DNA of 64,000 nt from an uncultured Clostridium sp. (GTDB taxonomy: Bacteria; Bacillota; Clostridia; TANB77; CAG-508): contig CANEHB010000005.1 in the NCBI GenBank assembly GCA_947427205.1, positions 5,289 through 69,288 on the forward strand, in the 5' to 3' direction. A program made the position numbers and the translations under genes. Shown in pieces: positions 52,055 through 60,932 of the stretch; position 1 is the stretch's first letter, and each line of letters starts with the position of its first letter. The notes under the pieces are model-generated. The model was not told the origin of the DNA and made no database searches. It saw only the letters and a list, made by a program, of their open reading frames with translations.

Positions 52055-52293
52055 ATTTCATTTGAAATTATATAAAATATAAAAGTAATTATATATATTA
52101 TCATTCGTTCTTTGCTGGTCGTTTATAGATTTAAAATTTTTATACTTTTAATTAATTTTATATGTTATTATGAAATTAGCAAAGACATTTTAAACTCCCA
52201 AGGCTGCGCATCACTTCATTCTAATATATATAATTACTTTTATTAGTATATTTTTTTAAAATTCAATTATTTTTTCTATGTTATACCTTTACT

Positions 52294-52674
52294 TTAAAAT
52301 ATATTTCTCATATTTACTTTCTGTATATTTTTTATATGCTCTACTCTAAATTTAATTTCATCTATTTGTTCTTTTGCCTCATCTATATTATCATTTTCAA
52401 TATTACATTTTGCATTTGTTATTTTACAGCTAATTTCCTCTAATTCCTTATGTTCCATAAAATACTCTAACTTGTTTTCTTTATTCTTCCATAATTCAGA
52501 AAGCTCATCAATCTTTTTCTTGTTTTCGTCACTTTCTATACTATATTCAACTTCTTCTATCTTATTATTAATCTCTGATAAAAAATTTTTTGTTATATTT
52601 ACTGTAATAATTTCAATTGAAATTATAAATACTATTATAAAAAACAATATTACATATTCTTTTAAAAATCTCAT
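52294..52674 (-). CDS. DUF4363-like small membrane protein
   Basis: An N-terminal TM segment plus a helical domain. It lies immediately downstream of a DUF421 gene, a pairing I recall as typical. Confidence 0.6.
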   Translation of the reverse strand: MRFLKEYVILFFIIVFIISIEIITVNITKNFLSEINNKIEEVEYSIESDENKKKIDELSELWKNKENKLEYFMEHKELEEISCKITNAKCNIENDNIDEAKEQIDEIKFRVEHIKNIQKVNMRNIF

Positions 52675-52729
52675 TTTTAAAAATTCCTAACTATATAATT
52701 TATTTAATAAAATAATTTGTATTCCTATA

Positions 52730-53401
52730 CTATTTTTTTATCTTAGTTTGATAAAAAAATGTGCCATCACCATTTAATACAAATATTAATGCCTGTGATG
52801 GTATAAAATTAAGTTTTAATGCTTCATCTTCTAACCACTTTTTATCTTTTCCAAGTTTCATTAAGTTGTCATACATAATTTTACCATCTACTATTAAATC
52901 GTATGAAATATTTGTAGGTTCAACTTTTAAATTCAAGTCTTCTGGTGTTACAGTTCTTTTTTCAGATTTTAAAATAACACTTATTTGTCCACTTGTTTCT
53001 AAAATTGCATATTCCACATCTGTTATATTATTAACATTATTAACTCTTAATCTTTCTTGTAGTTCATTTATAGTAAAGTTCTCTTTTATTAATGCTGTTT
53101 CATCTATTTTGCCTTTATCAATTAAAATTCTAGGTTTACCACATATAATACCTCTCATTTTTACACTTTTTATATTAAGTACAGAAATAATTATATGCAT
53201 AAAAAGTAATCCTAATATTGGAATAATTCCATATAAAATAGGTATTCCAGTTTCTGCCATAGGAGTTGATGCTAAATCAGCAATCATTATTGAAATTACA
53301 AGTTCAAATGGTTGCATTTGACCAATTTCTCTTTTTCCCATAAATCTCATTACAATTAAAACCAAAACATATATAATTACAGTTCTTACAAATACAAGCA
53401 T
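52730..53401 (-). CDS. DUF421 (YetF-family) membrane protein
   Basis: MRFMGKREIGQMQPFELVISIMIADLA is characteristic of the family. Start is at ATG 53401 with an AGAGGA RBS. Confidence 0.8.
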   Translation of the reverse strand: MLVFVRTVIIYVLVLIVMRFMGKREIGQMQPFELVISIMIADLASTPMAETGIPILYGIIPILGLLFMHIIISVLNIKSVKMRGIICGKPRILIDKGKIDETALIKENFTINELQERLRVNNVNNITDVEYAILETSGQISVILKSEKRTVTPEDLNLKVEPTNISYDLIVDGKIMYDNLMKLGKDKKWLEDEALKLNFIPSQALIFVLNGDGTFFYQTKIKK

Positions 53402-53529
53402 GATTTTATCCTCTATATACAAATTTTATATGAATATTTTTCGCAAAAATTATTAAAATATACTTATATTTGTTTATTAATTTTAAAATTTAATATTCAA
53501 ATATATTCTTATGTAAGGAGGTTTGTAAA

Positions 53530-53907
53530 GTGGATAATAATTCAAATACTCAATCAAGTAGTTCATCAATGGGAACACTTGGACAAATAGTTGGAAGATT
53601 TATAGTTGCCGCTATTATTTTAGGAATCACTGCTTTTTTCACACCTGGATTTTCTATAAATAATATATGGTCACTAGCCGTATCAGCAGTTGTTTTAACT
53701 GTTATGGATTATCTTATAATAAAATTTACTGGTTTACATGCAATGGCATTCGGTAAAGGATTCGTTGGTTTTGTACTTGCTGTTGTAGTTTTATATGCAA
53801 CACAATTCTTTGTTGCAGGATATTCTATATCATGGATGGCCGCTATTATAGGTGCTTTAATATATGGTGTAATAGATTATATAATCCCTGGTGAACAAGG
53901 TATGTAA
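53530..53907 (+). CDS. Small integral membrane protein (4 TM segments)
   Basis: GTG start with an AAGGAGG RBS, four hydrophobic spans, and a terminator hairpin at 53956..53996. Confidence 0.5.
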   Translation: MDNNSNTQSSSSSMGTLGQIVGRFIVAAIILGITAFFTPGFSINNIWSLAVSAVVLTVMDYLIIKFTGLHAMAFGKGFVGFVLAVVVLYATQFFVAGYSISWMAAIIGALIYGVIDYIIPGEQGM

Positions 53908-54083
53908 TTTTTGCTTTATAAAGAAAATTATTGATTTTTTATATAAAACAAAAATAGCTTCATAATTCTCTTATATTTTAAGAAAATTATGAAGCTTTTT
54001 TATATTATTTTTAATTTATTCATTGGATAATTCTATTATTTTATAGTACAATAAAAATAATTAATATATATAATTAAACCTTA

Positions 54084-54140
54084 TTTTTAATACTTTTTAT
54101 TTTTTGTATTTTTTTGTAATTTTTTGTCACTTTTTGTCGG
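54084..54140 (+). promoter_or_regulatory. Helically phased T5 / TTTTTGT repeat array upstream of the Spo0A-like gene
   Basis: There are four exact 10-bp-spaced units, TTTTTGTatt, TTTTTGTaat, TTTTTGTcac and TTTTTGTcgg, at 54101..54140. Two more T5 tracts precede them at 54084 and 54095. Confidence 0.6.
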
Positions 54141-54190
54141 TTTAAATTGTTTTATTAATGTAAGGTATTTTTATATAGAGGAGTAAAAAA

Positions 54191-54877
54191 ATGTTAAAAC
54201 TATTAATTTTATGTAAAACACCAGATACTGTAAAAAACATAATAAACAAAATGGTATCTAATATTACTGACTTAAGAATAATTGGTATTGCAAATACAAC
54301 ACTAGAAGCAGAAAAAATAATGGAAGAAATACAACCAGAAATTATTATTACTACTATTGAAGAAATTATTGAGACAATTCAAGATAAATTTTTTCATTAT
54401 TACCCACACATTGTATTGTTCTCTAGCAGTACAAATCAAGATATAAATTATAAAAATCTTTTAGTTATACCTCTACAATTAAAATATGAAGTTATAACTA
54501 ATAAAATTTCTGAATTCATAAAAACCAAAGTAGTATCTCACAGAGAAAAAGCTACTAGAATTCTTACACATTTAGGATTTGATTTTAAACTTAATGGAAC
54601 TTTATATCTACTAGATGCAATATTATATGCTCATACATATAAAGGTGCTTGTTCTTTTGAACAATTAAAAAGAGATATTTATCCATATATATCTGAAATT
54701 AATGATACAAGCGCAAATCGTGTAAAATGGGGAATTGAAAGAAGTATAACCTATATGTATAAAAAACATACAGAAGATTCATACAAAATTGTAGAAAGAT
54801 ATTTTTCTATTACATATCCAGAAAAGCCTACTCCAAAACTTGTTATTAATTTTATTTCTAATCACCTAGATCTATAA
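54191..54877 (+). CDS. Spo0A-like DNA-binding protein with a degenerate (pseudo-)receiver domain
   Basis: The C-terminal half is collinear with my recollection of the Spo0A effector domain: LGFDFKLNGTLYLLDAI, IYPYISEINDTSANRVKWGIERSI and EKPTPKLVINFI. The N-terminal half has a receiver-like beta-alpha pattern but lacks the acidic pocket and the phospho-acceptor Asp. Confidence 0.7.
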   Translation: MLKLLILCKTPDTVKNIINKMVSNITDLRIIGIANTTLEAEKIMEEIQPEIIITTIEEIIETIQDKFFHYYPHIVLFSSSTNQDINYKNLLVIPLQLKYEVITNKISEFIKTKVVSHREKATRILTHLGFDFKLNGTLYLLDAILYAHTYKGACSFEQLKRDIYPYISEINDTSANRVKWGIERSITYMYKKHTEDSYKIVERYFSITYPEKPTPKLVINFISNHLDL

Positions 54878-55003
54878 TATTGTTTTAAAGCATTATTAAA
54901 AGTGTTACCCAAATAAAATTTGCAAAACAATTTTCTATAATATAAAAAATGACAAGTTTTTTTCTTGCCATTTTTTTCATATTCGCAAAATTTACATTTT
55001 ATC

Positions 55004-57787
55004 TTATACTAAATTATCTCTACATCTTTCACATAAAGTAGGATATTCTGCACTTTCTCCAACTGTATTTGAATACATCCAGCATCTTTCACACTTCTCA
55101 CCTTCTGCTCTTTCTACTTTAACTCCTATTGCAACTTCTGAATCTTCATTTCTTCTATTTTCATGTATTTCAACATCTGATACTATAAATATTTCTTTCA
55201 ATAGGCCTTCTTTTCCTTTTATAAAATCATATTCTTCACCTTCAGCAAATAATATTACTTTTGCCTCTAATGAAAGCCCTATTTCTTTATTTGCTCTTGC
55301 TACTTCTAATTTTTTAGCAACTTCTTCTTTTATTTTTATTAGTCTTGACCATTTTAATCCTAGTTCTTCATTTTCATATTTTGCATTTATTTTTGGATAA
55401 CTTTCAAGCATTACACTCTCAGTATTTTCTCCTTTTTTATGTGGCATATAACTCCATATTTCTTCTGCTGTAAAGCAAGCCATTGGAGCTAAAATTCTAA
55501 CTAAACTTGATAATATTTCATACATTGTACTCTGAGCTGCTCTTCTTTCTATTGAATCTGGTCTTGAAGTATATAATCTATCTTTTATTATATCTAGATA
55601 AAATTGACTCATATCTACTACACAAAATTGATTTATTGCTTGATAAGCTTCATGAAATTCATAAGTATCATATGCTTTTGTACATGTAGCTACTAGCTTA
55701 TTTAATCTTGTTAAAGCCCATTTATCTATTTCTTGTAAATCTTCATAAGAAACTGGATTATCTACATCAAAATCTGATATATTTCCTAATATATATCTTG
55801 CTGTATTTCTTATCTTTCTATAAACTTCAGTTACTTGTTTTATAATATTTTTAGAACCACTTATATCTGATTTATAATCTGAAGATAAAACCCAAAGTCT
55901 TAAAACATCTGCTCCTGATTCTTTTATAACATCTTGTGGAGCTATACCATTTCCTAAAGATTTAGACATTTTTCTACCTTGTTCATCAACAGTATATCCA
56001 TGTGTTATAACTTCTTTATAAGGAGCCTTTCCTTTTGTTGCAATAGATGTTAAAAGTGATGATTGAAACCATCCTCTATATTGATCACTTCCTTCTAAGT
56101 ATAAATCTGCTTCTGGTAATCCTCTTTCTGCTAAAACAGATTCATGTGTTGATCCAGAATCAAACCAAACATCCATTATATCTGTTTCTTTTCTAAATTC
56201 TGTACATCCACATTCACATTTTGCTCCTTCTGGCATTAATTCTTTTTCAGAAAGATCAAACCATGCATTTGTTCCTTTTTCCTTAACTATTTCTTGAACT
56301 TTGCTTAAGCTTTCTGGTGTTACATATTCTTTCTCACATTCTTTGCAATAGAAAATTGGTATTGGAACTCCCCAAGTTCTTTGACGAGAGATACACCAAT
56401 CATTTCTATCTTCTATCATTTTTGTAATTCTTTCTTCTCCCCAAGCAGGATACCATTTAACTTTTTTTATTGCCTCTAAACTTTGTTTTCTAAATCCATC
56501 AACAGAAGCAAACCATTGACTAGTTGCTCTAAATATAACTGGTTTCTTACATCTCCAACAATGTGGATATGAGTGATTTATAACTTCACTTGCTAGAAGT
56601 AATCCGTGTTCATCTAACCATTTGATTATTTCTTTATCAGATTTTGCATAATACATATCTTTAAATGGTCCAGCTTCTTCTCCTCTTTGCATACCTTTTC
56701 CATCAACTGTAACCACAATATCTAAATTATTTTTTAAACCACATAAATAGTCTTCTTTACCACATCCAGGAGCTGTATGAACTGCACCTGTACCTGTACC
56801 TAGCTCTACTACGATTGTATCATCACTACCTAAAACAATTCTTGAATCTCTATCAAAAAATGGATGTTTGCAAAGTACACCTTCTAATTCTTTTCCTTCA
56901 AATTCATTTACAACTTTGTAGTTTTCAATTCCAGCTTTTTCCATAACTTTATTTACAAGTTCACTTGCCATTATAAGTTTTTCTGAATTTGCTTCGACTA
57001 TAGCATATTTAAAATCTGCTCCTATTGTTATACCGACATTAGCTGGTAATGTCCATGGTGTTGTTGTCCATATTACAACATATGTGTTTTCTACATCAAA
57101 TAGTCCTTTAGAATCTCTTAGTGGAAATTTAACATATGCTGTGTTTGAATTTATATCTTTATACTCTATTTCTGCTTCAGCAAGTGCTGTTTCACAATCT
57201 GTACACCAATAAACAGGTTTTAATCCTTTATATATATATCCTTTTTTGTACATATCTGCAAATACACCTATTTGTTTTGCTTCCATTCGTGGTTCGTATG
57301 TTATATATGGATCATCCCAATCACCTAAAACTCCTAAACGTTTAAATCCTTCTGTTTGTTTATCTTTGTAATCCATTGTAAATTGCTTACATGTATTTCT
57401 AAATTCAGTTACTGGTATTTCGTCTCTATTTAAACCTAATTTTTCTATTGCTTTTTTCTCTGTTGGCATACCATGTGTATCATAACCAGGTATATATGGT
57501 GTATAAAATCCTTGTAAATTTTTATATCTAACTATTGTATCTTTTAATATTTTATTTAAAGCATGACCTAAATGAATTTCTCCATTTGCATATGGAGGTC
57601 CATCATGTAAAACAAATGGTGTTTTTCCTTCGTTTTTCTTTAATATTTTTTTATATAAACCATTTTCAAATACTTTTTCTAGTATTTTTGGTTCATTTTC
57701 TGGAAGACTTGCTCTCATTGGAAAGTCTGTTTTAGGTAAATTTAATGTTTTACCATAGTCTTTTTTCTCGTTACAATTTTCACACAT
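55004..57787 (-). CDS. ileS: Isoleucine--tRNA ligase
   Basis: 927 aa with PYANGEIHLGHALNK (HIGH), KMSKSLGN, a CP1 editing domain and a C-terminal zinc-binding CxxC...CxxC. Confidence 0.97.
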   Translation of the reverse strand: MCENCNEKKDYGKTLNLPKTDFPMRASLPENEPKILEKVFENGLYKKILKKNEGKTPFVLHDGPPYANGEIHLGHALNKILKDTIVRYKNLQGFYTPYIPGYDTHGMPTEKKAIEKLGLNRDEIPVTEFRNTCKQFTMDYKDKQTEGFKRLGVLGDWDDPYITYEPRMEAKQIGVFADMYKKGYIYKGLKPVYWCTDCETALAEAEIEYKDINSNTAYVKFPLRDSKGLFDVENTYVVIWTTTPWTLPANVGITIGADFKYAIVEANSEKLIMASELVNKVMEKAGIENYKVVNEFEGKELEGVLCKHPFFDRDSRIVLGSDDTIVVELGTGTGAVHTAPGCGKEDYLCGLKNNLDIVVTVDGKGMQRGEEAGPFKDMYYAKSDKEIIKWLDEHGLLLASEVINHSYPHCWRCKKPVIFRATSQWFASVDGFRKQSLEAIKKVKWYPAWGEERITKMIEDRNDWCISRQRTWGVPIPIFYCKECEKEYVTPESLSKVQEIVKEKGTNAWFDLSEKELMPEGAKCECGCTEFRKETDIMDVWFDSGSTHESVLAERGLPEADLYLEGSDQYRGWFQSSLLTSIATKGKAPYKEVITHGYTVDEQGRKMSKSLGNGIAPQDVIKESGADVLRLWVLSSDYKSDISGSKNIIKQVTEVYRKIRNTARYILGNISDFDVDNPVSYEDLQEIDKWALTRLNKLVATCTKAYDTYEFHEAYQAINQFCVVDMSQFYLDIIKDRLYTSRPDSIERRAAQSTMYEILSSLVRILAPMACFTAEEIWSYMPHKKGENTESVMLESYPKINAKYENEELGLKWSRLIKIKEEVAKKLEVARANKEIGLSLEAKVILFAEGEEYDFIKGKEGLLKEIFIVSDVEIHENRRNEDSEVAIGVKVERAEGEKCERCWMYSNTVGESAEYPTLCERCRDNLV

Positions 57788-57867
57788 ATTTTTTCTCTCC
57801 TTTACTATGCTTTATATAATCTTAATATAAAGCTATTTTTACTTTATTTTTATTAAATTAATAATTT

Positions 57868-58353
57868 TTATATTTTAATATATTTCAATTTATCTGTAGC
57901 TTGTTTTACATATTTCTCTAAATCTTGAGGAGTAATTAATATCGTTGAAGTATTGACACAAGGATGCACTCCAAGCAATTTTTCATTTTTAAGTTCTTCA
58001 TCAAAAATTACTTCTACTTCTTTTTCTTCATCATTTATAATTGCAAGAGGGCTAACAGAACCAGGAAGTAATTTTAAGTATTTCATAAGTCGTTCACTTG
58101 ATGCAAAACTTAATTTTGTACTTCCAATTTTTTGAGCTATTTCTGCAAGTGGTGCTCTTTTTTCTTCTGGCATTACAATCAAAAAATGTCTTTTTCCTTT
58201 TTGATCTCTTACAAATAAGTTTTTGCAAATTTTAGCATTTTCAAAAATATTTCCAATTTTATTCATATCTTCAATTGTAAATACTGCTTCATGCTCAACT
58301 TCTTTATAATTTATTCCCTGATTTGTTAATTCATTCAAAATAGTAGCTCTCAT
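57868..58353 (-). CDS. YbaK/ProX-family aminoacyl-tRNA trans-editing (deacylase) domain protein
   Basis: 161 aa with CKNLFVRDQKGKRHFLIV...LLPGSVSPLAI...GVHPCVNTSTI, typical of stand-alone ProX/PrdX-like proteins. Confidence 0.75.
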   Translation of the reverse strand: MRATILNELTNQGINYKEVEHEAVFTIEDMNKIGNIFENAKICKNLFVRDQKGKRHFLIVMPEEKRAPLAEIAQKIGSTKLSFASSERLMKYLKLLPGSVSPLAIINDEEKEVEVIFDEELKNEKLLGVHPCVNTSTILITPQDLEKYVKQATDKLKYIKI

Positions 58354-58377
58354 TCTATTCCTCCTCTTTCCTAAACT

Positions 58378-58660
58378 AAAAAAACCATTTCATCCTGATT
58401 AGGACGAAATGGTTAAATTTCCGTGGTACCACCTAAATTTAATTGCAAAATTTATATAATAAATAATTTAACAATTATCTCTTCTCTTTTTAACGCAAAG
58501 CTATGCGGATTATTTTAATAATATTTCTTTACTTTCAAATAATCAACTCTAAGGTGATAATAAATAAACTATTTTCCTACAAACCTTTCACCAAATGGTT
58601 TGCTCTCTTTTAAGGTTTTACTTTTATTTACCGTGTCCTCTTCATGGTTTTTATCATTTA
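58378..58660 (-). promoter_or_regulatory. T-box riboswitch leader with specifier AUC (Ile)
   Basis: Read on the minus strand. Stem I carries the distal motifs AGAGAG and TTGGTGAAA. The specifier loop reads ...TT-ATC-A (codon at 58558..58556). The T-box sequence AATTTAGGTGGTACCACGG lies at 58439..58421. A 13-bp terminator, AACCATTTCGTCC/GGATGAAATGGTT plus T7, lies at 58414..58378. Confidence 0.85.
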
Positions 58661-58668
58661 ATATTAAT

Positions 58669-58698
58669 ATAATAACATCATTTACATAAATTTGTCAA
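58669..58698 (-). promoter_or_regulatory. Promoter of the T-box/proX-like/ileS unit
   Basis: TTGACA - 18 nt - TATTAT. Confidence 0.55.
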
Positions 58699-58756
58699 TA
58701 CTTAATTATTCTCTAATGTTCAAAATCATCTGTTTTTCTTTAACTTATAGTAGAAT

Positions 58757-60001
58757 TTATTTTACATTTTTCATTATTCCGATTGCTGCCTTCTTTCCAG
58801 CAGCTAATGCTCTACAAACTGTTGACTTACTTTCTGTGTTATCTCCTCCTGCATAAACATTTTCTAAATTAGTTTTACCATCTTCATCAATTTTTATATA
58901 TCCCCAGTCATCAAGTTCTATTCCTTGAGTTTCAATTAAGGTTTTATCTGGCTTTAGCCCTATTGCAAAAACCACTGTATTTGCCTCTTCTTCATATTCT
59001 TCAGCACCTAATGCATCTATAGCTTTTCCTTCAACAATTTGTGTATCTATGCAATTAACACTTGTTATAGCTCCATTAATGTCATTTGCTGAAACTACTC
59101 TTGTTAATTCTTTAAATTCTACGCCATCTTCTATAGCCTCTTCAAGTTCAATCTCTCTTGCAGGCATATGGCTTCTATCTCTACGATAAAGAATTTTTAC
59201 TTTTTTAGCTCCCATTCTTATTGCTACTCGACTAGAATCCATAGCTACATTTCCACCACCAATAACTATTACTGTACCTAAATTTTCAATAAACTTATTT
59301 TCACTATATGCTCTTAAAAATACATCTGATTTATATACATTTTTTAATTCATTTTCAGATAATTTATATGTAGATGATTTTGTAGCTCCTACTCCTAAAA
59401 ATACAGCATCATATTTTTTAGAAAGTTCTTTTAATTCAAAGTCTTTTCCTAATTCTTTATTAGTTAAAAAGTTTCCACCTAACTCTTTTACTTTATTTAT
59501 AATATTTTGAACAATATCTTTTGATAATCTAAAATCAGGAATTCCATAAACTAAAATTCCTCCAGGAATACTGTCCTTTTCATAAATATCAACTGCATAT
59601 CCATTTTTCAAAAGTTCTACAGCGCATTCAATTCCTGATGGACCAGAACCAATTATTGCAATTTTCTTTCCGTTTGTATCTTTTTTCTCTATTTTATATT
59701 CATAATTATTTTTTGTTGCCCATTCATTTACTTCTTTTTCTAATTTACCAATACTTGTTGGTACTGATTTTATTCCTCTAACACAACTTCCTTCACATTG
59801 TTCTTCTTGTGGGCAAACAATACTACAAATATATGAAAATATATTGTTCTCTTGCAATATTTCATATGCACTACCATAATTTTCATTTTTTACTTCTGTT
59901 ATAAACTCTGGTATTTTTGTTTGCATTGGGCAACCTTTGATACTGCAAGGCTTTAATTTACAATTTAAACAATAATTTGCACATTCAATTATACTTTCCA
60001 T
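58757..60001 (-). CDS. GltD/NfnB-like NAD(P)H-dependent FAD oxidoreductase with an N-terminal Fe-S domain
   Basis: N-terminal Cys clusters (CLNCKLKPC...GCP, CPQEEQCEGSC) and the dinucleotide folds IAIIGSGPSG and VIVIGGGNVAMD. Confidence 0.8.
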   Translation of the reverse strand: MESIIECANYCLNCKLKPCSIKGCPMQTKIPEFITEVKNENYGSAYEILQENNIFSYICSIVCPQEEQCEGSCVRGIKSVPTSIGKLEKEVNEWATKNNYEYKIEKKDTNGKKIAIIGSGPSGIECAVELLKNGYAVDIYEKDSIPGGILVYGIPDFRLSKDIVQNIINKVKELGGNFLTNKELGKDFELKELSKKYDAVFLGVGATKSSTYKLSENELKNVYKSDVFLRAYSENKFIENLGTVIVIGGGNVAMDSSRVAIRMGAKKVKILYRRDRSHMPAREIELEEAIEDGVEFKELTRVVSANDINGAITSVNCIDTQIVEGKAIDALGAEEYEEEANTVVFAIGLKPDKTLIETQGIELDDWGYIKIDEDGKTNLENVYAGGDNTESKSTVCRALAAGKKAAIGIMKNVK

Positions 60002-60003
60002 TT

Positions 60004-60687
60004 TTATCCCTCTACTACCTCTTTTACTTTATCTATTTCAATTATTCTTGATAATATATCATTTTTATTTATATTCTCTTTATATTTTAAAATAGCTCTT
60101 ATATAATCCTCTTCATCTTCATTTTCAATTACTTTTAATCTAAGAATTTCTATGTCATAATCTTTTAGAATTTCATTTAAATCTTTTAAGATTTCTTTAG
60201 GATTAGTTGAAGAAATATTTAAATCTAATATATCTGTATGTTCTAATTTTCCTGATAATATATGTGAATATGATAAAACAGCATAAACTACTGCTGTGGC
60301 AATAACAGCACCTAAATAATATCCTGCTCCAACTGCCAATCCTATACAAGTTACTGAAAGTAAACCTGCTGCTGTTGTTAATCCTTTTACATTAAATCCA
60401 TCCCTTAAAATAGTTCCTGCACCTAAAAATCCTATTCCAGATAATAGTTGCGCTGGTATTCTAGTAGGATCAGCTCCTGTTTCATTATATAAGTAATCTC
60501 CACAGATCATTACTAACACTGCACTTATACCAACTAATACATGCGTTCTAAATCCTGCTGGTTTATTCCAAGACTCACGTTCATATCCAACAATTCCTGA
60601 TAAGAAAACTATTAATATTAACTTAAATAAAGTTTGAATTTCTTGAATTCTCATAATTGCTTCAAATCCATTTATAATTATATTCAT
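60004..60687 (-). CDS. MgtC/SapB-family membrane protein
   Basis: LSGIVGYERESWNKPAGFRTHVLV, followed by TM segments and a C-terminal ACT-like domain. Confidence 0.85.
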   Translation of the reverse strand: MNIIINGFEAIMRIQEIQTLFKLILIVFLSGIVGYERESWNKPAGFRTHVLVGISAVLVMICGDYLYNETGADPTRIPAQLLSGIGFLGAGTILRDGFNVKGLTTAAGLLSVTCIGLAVGAGYYLGAVIATAVVYAVLSYSHILSGKLEHTDILDLNISSTNPKEILKDLNEILKDYDIEILRLKVIENEDEEDYIRAILKYKENINKNDILSRIIEIDKVKEVVEG

Positions 60688-60932
60688 TCTTACTCCCCTT
60701 TTCTATAATTGCAAACTTATTTTACCACTCATTTATAATTTATACAATAATTACTTTTGTTTTTGTACCAGTTGGTCATAAAAAAACTAGTTTAAGATTT
60801 TCTATCAAATGCAAATTTTAAGAAAATCTAAGACTAGTTATAATTATCTAGTATAGAAAATTATCTTACAAAGATATTTTTCCTACTATGTAAAAAACTC
60901 TTTAGGAAAATACCTAAAGAGCTTTTTCATTT

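Noticed and set aside
54084-54140. A CRISPR-like or minisatellite interpretation of the 10-bp repeats.
   Set aside because: The units are only 10 bp with no spacers and no cas genes. Their position directly upstream of a promoter fits curved DNA or a binding-site array better.
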